DNA of 63,978 nt, counting the filler, from Rhabdomonas costata (lineage: Eukaryota), in the NCBI GenBank assembly GCA_019059605.1. It is 24 parts of 24 records of this genome, joined end to end, with 100 filler letters (N's around TTAATTAATTAA, not from the genome) between each part and the next. Parts side by side here need not be neighbours in the genome. Positions count along the whole stretch, not along the records: positions 1 to 2,572 come from JAHMHO010002805.1; positions 2,673 to 5,236 come from JAHMHO010002806.1; positions 5,337 to 7,907 come from JAHMHO010002807.1; positions 8,008 to 10,578 come from JAHMHO010002808.1; positions 10,679 to 13,249 come from JAHMHO010002809.1; 19 more parts are not named here. One strand, given 5' to 3'. A program made the position numbers and the translations under genes. Positions within the stretch are counted from its first letter, which is position 1, and the number at the start of each line of letters is the position of its first letter. This document shows, in pieces, positions 1 to 12,895 of this stretch. The notes beneath the pieces were generated by a model. It did no database searches and was not told the origin of the DNA. It saw only the letters and a list, made by a program, of their open reading frames with translations.

Positions 1-1246
1 GTTGGGGGGTGGAGTCGCAAAGCCCTGCAACAGGCCAACCAGGCCTGTGTTTGCGCTTGTTACGACGCCAAAGGGAGGATATAATACTTCCACTCCCTCT
101 CCCTCTCCCTCATCCTCCTTTTCAGTAACATGGCAGAGCAGAAAAAGGAAAGGCGTTTGTGTGGGTGGTTAAATCAGAGCTCGTCAGAAGACACGGGAAA
201 CACGAAATGAAAGGTCTTAGTGGTGGCGCAGGAAACGCGCCCAAATCGCTGCACGCTCAGAGGCGTGCAGCAGCAGCAACGAGAACCTTCAGGTGCCAAG
301 ATGTGGAGGCACCAACTTACCAAGCACAAGACACCCACCCACAGACAACCTCACATGTACTCTGAGTAAAATCATCCGTCTGCTGCAATGCAATTCGTAC
401 GAGTGCTTCAGGAAGGTGCTTGCCCTTCTCATAAAATCTGGTAGCGCAAGGCATATTCTGCCACAAGCGTAAGCAGGGTGGGTGCGGGGGTCCCGGTGAT
501 GAACAGCTGGAACATATCACCAAATGGCCTGGCCTTGTCACGCCCACCGTGAATCCACACCACCCCCTGTAAAAAAGGAAAGCGCGAACATCGAGCGCAT
601 CAATTTGAAAAGGACTCCAAGGCCATGACACGGTAGCCAACGTGTCATCAAAAACAAAAAACCAAAACCCTTGAGCCTTTCAACGAATCTACCCGCGAAA
701 AAGCGAAGGTACCAGACAAAAAGCAGACCTTTTGCTCCGCAGCAATGCCCATGGACCTCCACGCTGGTGCTCCCCCCCGGTTATCACGTCGGGTTGGGTC
801 CCCTTCACTCTGAACAACAGAATGAGCACGTCCACAGCGACGTACAGTACCATCATCACCTCACGTTAGCACCCCACTTATGAATGAGTCCCCTTTCGCC
901 CTGACATACCAGACATCCAAGTTTTCGACCTCACTTTGATATGGAATGTGACCAAGGCACAAGTGTCACAAGACACAAGCGATGCGCATATGAACCAGCA
1001 CGGGGCCGGCGAACAAAACCCATGAAAGAAAAACACGACAGTCATACTCAACGACTTGCACCTGTAAAAAGTCGTTTTGAACTTAAGCTAAAAACTTAAA
1101 CATAGGTAACCAAAGTAATCTTTGCAAGCGAGTAACGTGGAAATCAGAATGCGCCTACAGTGGAAGCAATCGGGACCAGGAAGGGAACAACGCAGCCAGC
1201 CTGCGCAGTAGTGTGCAAGGAACGGGAGGGGAATACAAAGTATGTG

Positions 1247-1488
1247 CTCCGCTCCGCTGGCGGCGTGATGGAACCGTCTCCCAGGGCGTTCTGCGGAGAG
1301 ACGGCGGCCTCGGGGTCGGCCGGCAAGGGGATCCACCTCAGCTGTTCTAAGTCCAGCGCCCAGACGTCGTTCAGTACGGCGGATACACCCGTCCCGCCTT
1401 TGGTCTCCAGCCACAGCCCCCCAAAGATAATCATCACCGTGCCGTGCGCCGCCATGCAGGCGGTATGCCCCGTTCGCTTCGCCGGGAC
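1247..1488 (-). CDS. Kelch-repeat protein, internal exon
   Basis: After a TAG acceptor: VPAKRTGHTACMAAHGTVMIIFGGLW...VLNDVWALDLEQLRW, matching the kelch pattern P-x-x-R-x-GH...FGG...NDVW-x-LD...W. The 3' boundary is approximate because no clear GT donor is present. Confidence 0.75.
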
Positions 1489-2572
1489 CTACACCCACGG
1501 AGCACGGAGCATGGAAAGCAAGCCCAGTCACCGACACACCGGCGGAAAAAGAGTGCTTAAGGAAATGTCCAAACGCCGAAGGTAGAGAGATGGGAGGGAC
1601 CAGCAGCATTGCATGCACCACAACGACTAGCTCGAAAACGGGTAGCAGAGGCATTCATCCCACTGGTTTCGGCGGCGGTTTTTGGTCGAGAATCCAGAAT
1701 ATGTTGTCGAATCCAGAATCCCAGGGTATGGGATGGGGGCTGAGCCAAAGCAGGCCTGGGGTATACAGCAGGGTTCCCGAAACGCTGGCCCGAACTTGGG
1801 GTTTCCGACTTTTCACCCTCGGCCCGTTGTCGTGCCCCCCCCTTGGCGGCTCTTTAGCATTTACAAAACCTATTTGCAAAAGAACCACTCATCCCTCACC
1901 TCTCACTGGCAAATGACCCGAGGCCGCCTAAAGCCCACCAAATTCACACAATACTCAGTGCCAAGGGCCAGTGTGTTAATCCCCTCCAAGCGGATATCCC
2001 CGCACCGAAGTTCCGGAAAAAAGGCAGTGTGGTGTTACGCCGCCGAGCTGCCCCGGGCGGAAGGGGCGAATCCCTGAAGTCCCTGAAGTCCCTGAAGTCT
2101 GAATAGTGTGACCCTTCACGCACCGGCTGCTTTCTTTCATGCGAGAGGAGAGAAAGAGCAAAGAAGAGGCACCGCACTTCGGAGAAGGTGGAACAAAGGG
2201 AGAGAAAAGCACATTCTCCGAATGGAGTTGAACCTTGGGGCCAGACTTTCCCAGTGGGAGCGACAGCGGAACAGGAACAGCTGCGATAAAGAAAGAAAAC
2301 GGAATTCCTAGCATGTTCATAAGCACGCAATTTCATGCGTCGGTAGGTGTCTGTGGGTAAAAGTAAGATGTCCTTGGAAATGAGGAGTTGGTGGAGCCTT
2401 GATGAATGGCGGTGAGATAAGGCTGCGCGGGTCTGCCCAAAAAGATGACATTGCAATCCTTCAACATGGCCCCAGGTGTAAACTTCCCAGCAGCTGAAAA
2501 GCCATGAGACCTCACCGGAGTGGGAGCACTGAAACGTAACTTTCGCTCCATGCCCCCCCCCCCGTGATTGCT

Positions 2573-2672
2573 NNNNNNNNNNNNNNNNNNNNNNNNNNNN
2601 NNNNNNNNNNNNNNNNTTAATTAATTAANNNNNNNNNNNNNNNNNNNNNNNNNNNNNNNNNNNNNNNNNNNN
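2573..2672. other. Artificial spacer N44-TTAATTAATTAA-N44; first of 23, recurring about every 2.67 kb to 61310-61409
   Basis: Identical 100-nt spacer with a six-frame stop linker between fragments of near-equal length. Adjacent fragments differ in content, so synteny across spacers is meaningless. Confidence 0.98.
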
Positions 2673-2795
2673 TGTGGTTTTGAAAGCCCGTTCCATTTTC
2701 GGTCCGAGGGACCTTTCATGCTGGCTAGGATTCTCCGATAATAACGTGAGTTTTACATATATTTTTTTTCGCGGTTTGGCGGTTCCCTTTTTCAG

Positions 2796-3599
2796 TCGGT
2801 AACCGGCCGAAGACTTCACTTGAGTGTGCAACCGAATGACACTGTCGATGTGGTAAAGCAGCAACTTGCTCAGGAGCACCAACTGCCCGAAGGAAGCGTG
2901 AGCTTGTTCTTTGAAGGTGTGACAGTTTTTTCAGGCGCCCAACCAGTCTGTTGGACTGTTTTTTGTTGCAATGAATGAATTTCATTTTTTTTCACAGGCA
3001 AGGAGCTGTGTGGAGACTCCACTTTGAGTGATTCTTCTGTCTCTGCTGGTTCCGTGCTGTTTTTGGTGCTGCGAGCGCATGGCGGTGTGATGATGGAGCC
3101 GACTCTTCAGGTTTGTCCCCTTCCTCTCTTTTGCTCACATTCCAGGTCCCCTTTTGTATCCTACTACCCATGCGACCCCATAATATTTCCAATGTTATGT
3201 TCATCCATATACAAAAGTCCCCAGGCCTGCTTCGGCTTAGCCCTCACATTCCGGTGGTTTATGTCCATCCCCCTTATTTCATTCCTCGCTCAAGCACTTC
3301 TATTGACACCCCCCTTTTCGGCTTCGCGTGTTCTTTGTTTGCAAGTTTGGAATACCATCCTTTCGGTCGCCTTTGTAACTCTTCAGGTGTTGGCGCGAAA
3401 GTACAACTGCGACAAGATGGTTTGCCGCAAGTATGTTATTTTTCTCATTGGCCATTGTTTAGTGTCTGTTTTTGACGTTCTGTCATCGTATTCTCTTGCT
3501 ATTAGATGCTACAACCGGTTGCCTCCCCGAGCCCACAACTGCCGCAACAAAGCATGTGGCCGCAACAACAGGCTGCGCATCAAGAAGAAGCTGAAGTAA
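2796..3599 (+). CDS. RPL40: Ubiquitin-like domain fused to ribosomal protein eL40; exons 2796-2916, 2998-3110, 3387-3430, 3506-3599; first exon not identified
   Basis: GT-AG introns with consistent phases give [21 protein letters not shown]...FEGKEL...[10 protein letters not shown] followed by [53 protein letters not shown], a clear eL40 zinc-ribbon sequence. Confidence 0.92.
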
Positions 3600-6187
3600 G
3601 TGAAAATAGGTCAGGAGATGGCTCGTCGGACCAGAAGTTGCGCACGACATGTGCCCTTCGCTGTTTGGGCTGAAAACGTTGATTCTGGCCACTTGCATCG
3701 CGTCTTCTTGAAAACTCGTTGGGGATGACTTGGGCTCGGCCAACAAGTTGGTGAAATAAGAACTTTGCCACAGTGTTCAAGGCCAGGATGGCCAAAAATG
3801 ACGGGGGGGTTGCCCGAATCACGGGCCTCAAGATGTGGTCATTTGGTCTCGGACCGGGTCAGGTGGTAAAAGGCGAGACAGGTGCTCGGGGTTCCTTGGA
3901 GGGGGGGGCATTGAAAAAGACTCCCTCCACCCCTGGGAATTTTATAGCCCCGCCCACCTGGATTCCGCGAGTGTTATCGCAGTGTCAGCTGTCTAAATAC
4001 TGCGTGCCAGCTTCGTGTTTACGGTCACTAGTAGGCCGGCTTTTTCAATGTTTTTCTCGCTTTGCGTCTTTCTGCAGCAACTTTACGTTACTTGTCGTTT
4101 TTTCAAACCAAGCCTATCCGTATTCTCCCCCACAAATTGTTCGTCTTTCAGTGACCCGCAACAACAACATGGGTATTGCGGAAACTGTGAGCTGATCGTG
4201 CCGTTGGGGATCTTTTGATCTTTTGCCGGTTACATGTGCGCGCGGTTCCACACCACACAACGCAGAATACGTACGTGACGCATTTCAACCTGGATTTGGA
4301 CCCAAAATAAAATGCCATCCTCCTCAGTAGGTTGCAGTAGTATTTCTCTTTTCGGTGTTTGTGAGGTCCCCCGTACTCATCCCCATCTAGCCTTCTTTCC
4401 TTTTTGTCGTTCTCTCATGTGTTATTCTGGTGCTTGCGCCTTGGGCAGCCTCCGTTGTACATTATCTTTCTAGGTCACGCTGCTGAGTACCCGCGGTTTG
4501 GAACGGTTTGGGTTGCTACCAAAAACTAGCCGGCGGTGAACGTCATAGTTGCTGTTGATGGGGGGGGTTAAAGGAACATTGTTCCTGCAGGGAAAAAAAC
4601 CCTATTCTTGAATTGCGGCGTGGTTGGTTGTTTTTGGGGTTGAACCTCGGTTTCTCAGCACGGACGGTTTGAACCGTTAACTTCCGGCTGATCCTGGGCG
4701 CCGCTGCCCGCTCTTCTCGCTCTCTTCCCCGCCGCTCTCTGTCGCATTGTTCAACAGGCTGCTTTCACCACCGGCAGGACGTCTTCCGGAAGATTTTGTC
4801 GTTGTTTTTGTTATCGCGGCCGCCGTAGATTCCGAACCCAGGGTCCCAGTCTTCTGGCAATAAAAACGTGGCTCGGTAAGCTTGCCGTGCCCCGACGTTG
4901 TCGTTCACCGGGCCGCGGAACTTTGAACTTTGCAAAAAACACGGCCGTGTTTTTGGCGCAGCCACAGGGGCAGAGACGGAAGAATACCGCGCGCGAGGCA
5001 CGGGCGCTGCGGATGACTTACATAGGGGGCAATAAAAAATCCCGGGATGGCCCTAATTTACGGGGCTTGCGGCGAAGTTACGGCAAAGAATCGGCAAAGG
5101 GTCGAAAAATGCATCCAATGGAAAAAATGGCGCAGGCAAAAAAAAGGAAGAAAAGCCCGGGGTGCGGCAATTTCGATCTGCAACCCGCCCCTTTCGGGAG
5201 CCACAACGCCCCATTTCTGAAAACTTCCACCCAAAANNNNNNNNNNNNNNNNNNNNNNNNNNNNNNNNNNNNNNNNNNNNTTAATTAATTAANNNNNNNN
5301 NNNNNNNNNNNNNNNNNNNNNNNNNNNNNNNNNNNNTGCAAGAGGGGTTCCGGGTACCGGGTTGCGTGAAGTTGAAAGCACTGCCGCCAACAAGATACAA
5401 TAAAGAAAAAAGACAGCGAGGTTTTGCATTCGGCTTGCGTGGCATAATAGTGTGAGGTGCTTCAAACCGGCGGGGGTGGGGTCGGAACCCAGTTTAAAGG
5501 AGATGGAGAGATTGGAGGTGGAGAAGGACAGTATGGAGGGGAAAAACCAACAAAGGTTAAAGAGAAAGATAGGCAAGCGGAGGGAAGGATGGGGTTGGAG
5601 TACTCATTAGCTCCTCTGCTTAGTGTCACTTGTGTGTGAGCGTTCGTGGGAATGCCTTTTTCGGTTGTCATGTCTTTCACTTCTTCGTCGCTAGTGCGTA
5701 CTGCGTCCTTTTTTCTGCTTTTTGCGTGGCGGCTTGTTGGCTGGTATGGAAACCGATACTTTTTAAGTTGGGGTAGCGCCTTTTCCATAGATGCTTTGTG
5801 CGTGATGGGCTGTCTGTGTGTGTGGTGGGTGGGATTGAATATTGCACACTGGTCTGGACCCTACAGTCCCGCCAGAGAGACTTGAGAGACATCCAACCAG
5901 GAGGACCAGCACTGGGCCGGAGCCACCCTTGGGAGGCATTTGCAGCCGACAAGTTGGCAAGTCTAAAAAGGGATTACCTGAGGACTGAGGTATTTCCACA
6001 TCCACTGCCCATTGAATTGTTTCCCTTCCTCTTCTCAACGTTTCAGCCCATCCCTTCAGTCCCCCCGTTCCCCTTACATTGCCTTATTGATTATTTTTCT
6101 TGCCCCGCTGACAGCAAGTCAAGGGTGACAGCAAAAAAAAAATAAGTCCGTCTTTGGGCGCAACTGAGGGTCTGCTGGACACTCCGG

Positions 6188-7778
6188 ATGGCCAACGTAT
6201 TGCTAGTTGGGGTGCTCCTCTGCCTTGTGCTTCCCACTTTGGGTAACCAAAAATCGAATCTTCCCGAAGCCGAGACCAACAACTTCTGGGCCACATGGGA
6301 CATCCCCGACCCCACAAAGGATCCGGTGGGCTGTGGACGGCCCGAGGGGAAAAAGTCATGGATCTGTGACCCAGACCACCTTCTGAGCCCGGCGGGTGCG
6401 GACGCCGTGGAGCTGGCATTGCAGGACATCCACACTAACGTCACAAGGAAATGCGGGGACACCCATCAAGGTTTGTTTTGAGTGTGTTGGTTGTGTGCAT
6501 CCTCCATCCAATTACTTTTTTACCGCGTCCCATGACTGTTTTTTTTTTGCGGTGGGTTGTGTCAGGTGTTGTGTTAGGTTTCTGTTATGTTCTGTCCTGC
6601 TTAGTTCAATTTTTGAGGAGGCGTCCCCCCACCAAGGTTGGTCCTTTTGGGGTGTGCGAGGTTAAGGTTTTATTTGTGGTTCTATTCATGGTTTATATCC
6701 CTCCCCCTAAACCCTTCACCGGAAGCACGCAAACTGTGCAGTGGAGCTCCTCCTTTCTGTCTCGACTGTATGACACCATCCTGCGATGGCTGCTTGTCGT
6801 TTCCCTTGTTCTTGAACGGATATTCTTGAAAACCGCAGGGTACGAGGTGGCTGTGGGGATAGTGCAGAGGATGGACACCGAAGAGCAGAACATCCCCGAC
6901 GCCACAAAGAGGTTCGCCCAGAGGCTCCACAACCGATGGGGGGTGGGCTCCTCGGAGTGCGACAACGGGGTAGTGATGTTCCTGAGCGTGGGCGACCGCT
7001 GGGCTTACATCAGCACGGGCAAGGTAAGGAGTCCTGTCTTTTCTGTAACTCTCCAGTGTCTTGTGATGTTCAGTTTGGTTGCAGTTTGGTCTTCAACGTC
7101 ACCCCCACTCTAGAGATGCATCCCGAGCCCCGGGCTTTTCACGACGTGACAACGCATAATGTTTTGTGGGTGCTGCCGCGGGTTTTTGCCTTTTTTTTCC
7201 CTCTCTTTTCTTTGATGCCTTCTGGTGCAGAAGAATTCCGTTGCCCTGGTTTTCTTCTGAGGCTCGAGCATTTCTGGTGGAGTTCGGTTTTGGTTGTATT
7301 TTGGTTTACGAGGCGACGTTTTTCTCGATGAAATTTTCCCGATCCCGGTGATTTCGACAAATTGGTAAAAAATTTCAATATCGTGTGTTATTTCTTTTTC
7401 GATGATTTCTGCGAGAACGCTTGGTCTTCTTGATGCGTGTTAATGAGAGAATGATCAGTGTTGTGTGTCTGTTAGTCGCACACACTCACACTTTTTTGTT
7501 TAAATGACGGGTGCCATATCCACGTCAACGCAACCTCAACTGGGGTTTCACCTCTGGTCCCTAGAAAGAACTTCTTCTGTCCTGATTGCCTTCCGGTCGG
7601 CTTAGGGTGCCCGTGAGACACTGTCCGACTCGGCCGCGGAAGATGTCATCTCTGAGATGCGTCCGTTGCTGCGCTCGGGGAACCTGACCGAAGCCGTCCT
7701 TTCAGGAGTTGAGGACATCGGCACTCACCTGCGGCAGCGTGAACAGCGGGAGGGCATCCCGAAGTGGCTACTGTACGG
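6188..7778 (+). CDS. Secreted or membrane TPM-domain protein (MOLO-1-like); exons 6188-6470, 6839-7023, 7606-~7778; 3' partial
   Basis: Signal-peptide-like start MANVLLVGVLLCLVLP. Motifs PDPTKDPVGCGR..SWICDPDHLLS, FAQRLHNRWGVG..CDNGVVMFLSVGDR.AYISTGKGAR and MRPLLRSGNL. GT-AG phases are consistent. Confidence 0.85.
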
Positions 7779-8344
7779 GTGTGTGTTATCCTCGCACCGG
7801 TTTTTGGGGGTGGACTGTTTCCGTCGGTGAAATTTTTTTGGACTTTACAAATTACGAGAGGTACACACTCGAGAAAAGACAATGGGAATTCGCTTGTCCA
7901 AAACCCCNNNNNNNNNNNNNNNNNNNNNNNNNNNNNNNNNNNNNNNNNNNNTTAATTAATTAANNNNNNNNNNNNNNNNNNNNNNNNNNNNNNNNNNNNN
8001 NNNNNNNCCCCCCCAGCAACTTCCCAGGGTTAGGATGCGATGCCTGCTCTCGTTTTTGACAGCCATGTTTACCATGTTTGATTTGGAAGCTTTGTGCTCT
8101 GATGAAAAGTTGTTCTCTTTCCTTCCAATGACTCTACTCTCTGTGCTTCTGTGCCCAGTAAGTTTAGGCACGCCATATGATATTTCGAATCGCTCCGGCT
8201 TGCAAGAAGAACGATATATAGGACAGTACCAAGAAAACAGAGGGCACGACCAGCGGTAGCTCTTGTGCCTAAGCGCAACGGCGCCAATGCGCTGCCTACC
8301 CGAAGTTGTGTCATGACCATGGACTGGTTTGTGGCGCATGCAAG

Positions 8345-10216
8345 GTTCGGGCACACGGGGAGTTGATCACCGGGCTGACCTTCTCTCGGGACGGGCACCA
8401 CGTGATCTCCGTCTCAGGGGACCGGTGCATCCACGTGTGGGCACTGGGTAGCCGCTTCACTGGGCTGGTATGCTCCTCTCACTAATCAGAGGGGCCTGCA
8501 TTTCCCGCACTTACTGTTGAAGCTTTTTTTTTGCGAGTGCTGCTCTGGTCTGAATGAAGTTGAAGGACCAACGTTCGCTCGTAACAGGAATTGAGCTTTT
8601 TAGGCTGTGTGGTGGAATGGTCCGGCGAGGATACGTTGCCGCAGGAGACACAGGAACAACCCAGAGGACCTCCCTGCAACACCTGAAAGCGCATCCAGAT
8701 TTCTGGGTTCTTACCTCAATCCTCTTGCGCATTGGTAGGTGAGGAGGTTTGGGCTGGCGGGTGTTGCACGCAGATGGCGGAGCGTCTTAGGGAACTTCCA
8801 CAGCTGCAGGACTCTGCGGTGCCCGCCAGTACTGGCCCTACCACAAAGGCAGGCGAGGGCCCGAGAGCTGGCGCTGCTTTCGTCCTGCCGCCTGCGGTGT
8901 CCACCGCCGCGGGGGCTGATGCAACCGGGGTGGGCCCCGATGGTGGGCACGGCACGATGGACGAGGTTGGTCGCTCCCCGACACTTGTATCCCGCACCCG
9001 AGTCCAGCGGCTGGCCCATGGGGCGTGGGCACGGTATGCTCCAGTGGGGTTTTCTGTGTTTCCCGCACATCTGGAAGACATCGACATATTCCAGAAAAAG
9101 CAACCTGATGTTAGGAGCCTCCAATGCATGGCAAACAAATACACTAACATAGTTTACAAAACAAGACTTTTTTACTCTCCCTAAACCCCTTGCAAGTCCA
9201 AAAGGTCATTTAGGTCCAAAGGACATTTCGGTGACCCTTTTTTACCGCTCACTTTAAGGTGGCACGGGCAATATAATTTACGGGGGGAGAAAGGCGTCCG
9301 AGGGCAGCTTTCAGGCGCATGGGATTGTTTGCTTGTCTTCCCTCACCTCCGTGTCGGCTTGTCAGAGAAGCCCAGGACTATGTTCTGTTTGACGAGCGGA
9401 GGCAGCGGCAGGGCAAGGGGGACTCGGATCTGGTGGTGTGCGATGTCGAGGACGAAGGTGTGCTGCAACTCGATTATCTTCCCCAGAAAGAGCCTCCCTC
9501 AAACCCTTATATGTCAATGCTTGCTTCACTGCCACGCAATACACTGTTCCCGGAGAAGTGGAGATTCTCCCCCCCCCCTTTTTGGAGACTGCTGGCAGGT
9601 TGTCCAATTCTTTACGATTGCAATAAAAACAGAAAAGAAACGAAAAATCTAGGGTTTCCGAAAATCGTAATAAAAAACCGTAAAAAGTATTCTCTCTCTT
9701 TCTTTCTTTCTTTTTTTACAAAAACGTATAAAGATTGGCCAACGATGTTGCTGCGCAAGAGAGAGAGAGAGAGCCAAGGAGAAGGGACTTTATCTTTCCC
9801 CAACCATGGCTGGTCTCACTGAGTACGTGCCGTTTCCCTGACTCAACGGTCTGTTCGAGTGCATTTTTAAGGGATGGGGCTATACTGAAGGACAACCTCG
9901 AACGGTCTTACGTTGCGCTTCGCAGTGAATACTGTGTAACCAGCAGAAGGGCTGGGGTGTGCTTGAATCGGCTTCTTAGCTTCATGTGGTTCCCCTCTTT
10001 GCTCAGCGCGCTTGGCTGGGTACTAAGCGCGGAAGTTTACACACAGATGTATGCTCGCCCACAATCTTGCAGCGACCCTCAGTCTTGCCGGCTCTGCGCA
10101 ACGCGGCGCGACGTCGGAGGAGAAGGACGGGCAGGGGAAGAGCCACTCTGTTGAGGGAGAACAGGAAGAGGACACACTGTCGGTGGACACCGACGAGGAC
10201 GCAATCTCTCGGCTTG
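8345..10216 (+). CDS. WD40 protein, WDR62/MAPKBP1-like, partial; exons 8345-8467, 8774-9033, 9366-9457, 10073-10216
   Basis: AHGELITGLTFSRDGHHVISVSGDRCIHVW resembles the last WD repeat of MAPKBP1/WDR62. The following low-complexity exons join in phase through GT-AG. Confidence 0.7.
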
Positions 10217-11423
10217 GTATGTTGATTCTGGCTTCGGGAGAAAAGGCTCACCTGCATTGTGTGATTGACCGACAGTATGCATGGTACACTCCAGGATCAC
10301 AGCGAGTTTGTCGATGAGTGCAAATTCTGTTGTTTTGCAAACGGCTTGAGGGCATACCCCTGGAGTTTGCTCTGACCCTTCTTGTGAGTTTTTCCGCCAG
10401 CATTCGGGGGCATTAAGGTAATCCCTATTCCCAGTTCTGCTGCTTCAAGCGTTTAGGTGCGATTCTTCAGTTCGATCTTTTTCAATCTTCATCTGATTTT
10501 TCATCACAAAATTGGGCACCGCACCTTCTCCTCCTCCTCCCTCAATCCGAAACTTGCGCCTTTACAGAAAACCCCACCNNNNNNNNNNNNNNNNNNNNNN
10601 NNNNNNNNNNNNNNNNNNNNNNTTAATTAATTAANNNNNNNNNNNNNNNNNNNNNNNNNNNNNNNNNNNNNNNNNNNNGGGTGGGGGGGGTACGAATGCA
10701 TGAGAAATGGCCAACGCAAACTGCCTCTGTAGATCGACAAGACAGGATAAACATCAAAAATTCCCCCATCCGCTCCATAGACCACGTCCCCTTCACAAGA
10801 AGCCTTTCCGTGGCAGTGAGGAAAATCGATGTACGCATTTTCACATGGCAGGAGAGATCTTCGGGGATCTTCCAAAAGCCGACAAAGGCCAACTGAACCA
10901 ATGGACTTACCAGACTTACCGCAGTGGTTTCAGAAAGAATTCAGCTTCTGTGGCGTCAGCGTACCTTCTCAAAAAGTGCCTTCAGCGCCACCACGGCCTC
11001 CTTGTGTACCCACTGCCAGTGGAACAGCAGGTCAGGAGCCCCTGCGCATTGCGTGCATGTGTGTGCACGCTTCGCCATCGACTGCGTTCTGAAGACCGTG
11101 CTCAGGACACAGCTGCTCTAATCGCCCTTGCTCCTGCTGCTGCCGCAGGTGCGTGTGAAGCGGGAGTCTGAGGAGCAACTTAATCCACGACCATCAACAA
11201 CAATTTGGGTTAATGCACACCGAACAACAACAATACACCTCGATGTAACCAGAACGCAAAGCGCGGTGAGGACGCCGTACCAGGGAGAGCAAGGAGCAAC
11301 TTAATGCCCCAAAATCTGCAACAGGTTCACTACAATCTTAACAGACATATCAAAATCTAACCCCCAGCACACATACACCAACACCCAGACACTTCACCAC
11401 ATGTTGAGGTGGGGCAGGAATAC

Positions 11424-12895
11424 CAGGGATCGCACGCAGGGCCTGGATGCACTCGTCCGCCGTGGACGTGGTGTAGGCCTCCGGCACCCCACTCACCACG
11501 CCCTGCTCGCACAGCAGCTCGTACACCGCGGCGGGCTCGGCCTTGCCCGGCACCCGAACCATGCCCATCTTGCGGAACATGAACAGGTCGGCAGCGCGGT
11601 GGTACGTGTTCTCGGCCACCAGAACAACCGAGCCGAACTCCTAAGCACCCCCCCCCTCCCCTGCCGATCTTATTCCCAATTACGGAGGAGTGAGGGATTG
11701 CATTTCCTTTTTAGCTCAGGTGGCCACTTGCTTGTGCCCAAAAAAGGCGGGGGGGGGGGCAGCAGGGATGTATGGCGGTGTCTTCAGGAATCAGGCGTCA
11801 TGGGTGTCATTTTCCCTTCGCCTCTTGGGAGTCAAATGCTCAACGGTGCTCTGTGGCGCAAACGGCGCTAAACATCCGCCAAAGAGGGTTTTACCAAACC
11901 TTATCCATTTCATTGCATCGGGATATTGTCTCAGGGCGAGGATAGGTACACCCCCTTGTACTTGTGGATCCCTTTCGCTTTCATGGGAGGGGTGAACTGA
12001 ATACCATCACAGGCAACTATTGTGACCGTGGTGTCTTTTGCTACCACCGCAAGCAGAATTCGGCATGTGAATCCTGTTCCATTGATGGGTACCTAACCCC
12101 TCTTCTCTTCTCTCTTTTTTCTCCATGCTCTTCGCAGCTGTACAAAGGTGCACGTCAATACACGTCATAGAGCTGTTTCCCCGACAAGACCCATTAGCTG
12201 ACATTGGATCTGGTTCCTGAATGAGTACTATTGTTATATCGTCCAAAACACATGAATTTTCGTTTTCCTCGAGCTTGTTTTCCTTCGTGTTGAGATCCCT
12301 GGGATTTGGTCAAGGGCCCCACCGACAGAAAGAGAGAGACCCATTCCCCACCTTGTTCGCCGCTTCCAGTCGGGCCGCAAGGTTCACTCCATCCCCTAAG
12401 AACGCGATGGGCGGCGCAAGGTGTGTGATCCCAGTGAAGACGGAAACAGACGAAAGAAAAACAGCGAAGAGGAGGGATAGTAAAACCGAAAGTGCACCTC
12501 GAGGTCCCCCTCCCCAAGCACAGACACACTGCCCGCAGGAGGACTGGCAAGGAGGGAGAGCCTATTGGATGTCTACTTTCATCCATCTTTCTGGAACTCG
12601 CTTTCTGCCCTTCTTCTTTCCGTCCCCAAAATCCAAGCAAGCCGAAGAGCAGCTTTTTCGCCAGAGTGCTGCGGGGTTTCTGCCCTCTCCCAATGTGTCT
12701 TGTGTTATATGCGTGTAGGGTTTTGGTAGAAGTTCTATTCCGTTGTGGGCACGGCCGGTTTTTCGCGGATGAATGCTTGCGGGACAACAGTGAGCACATT
12801 GTGGAGATAAACACTTTGCTCTCCCGCTCGACAGCACGCAGGCACAAAAAGTACCCAGCACGGTGTAGTTCACTCGGAATTCGCAGCCGTAGTTC
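11424..12895 (-). CDS. Class III nucleotidyl (adenylate) cyclase catalytic domain, partial; exons 12895-12855, 12395-12352, 11640-11424
   Basis: Spliced product NYGCEFRVNYTVLGDGVNLAARLEAANKEFGSVVLVAENTY...FRKMGMVRVPGKAEPAAVYEL has the GD-x-VN-x-AARLE catalytic signature. All three exons have AG/GT ends in phase. Confidence 0.9.

Noticed and set aside
2617..2628. Regularly spaced TTAATTAATTAA palindromes resembling an array or recombination sites
   Set aside because: Always embedded in N44 runs; this is an artificial six-frame stop linker, not a CRISPR array or biological repeat.
2746..2771. GTGAGT...TATTTTTTTTCG resembling the 3' end of the euglenid spliced leader
   Set aside because: Only the T-run and CG match, no GT follows, and it fits an intron pyrimidine tract at a noisy fragment end.
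4600..5236. Possible - strand coding sequence with many frameshifts, and a GGGTTCGGAATC B-box-like motif
   Set aside because: The pattern looks like uncorrected insertion errors in the read. No cloverleaf could be folded and no product assigned. The same applies to 29372-30360.
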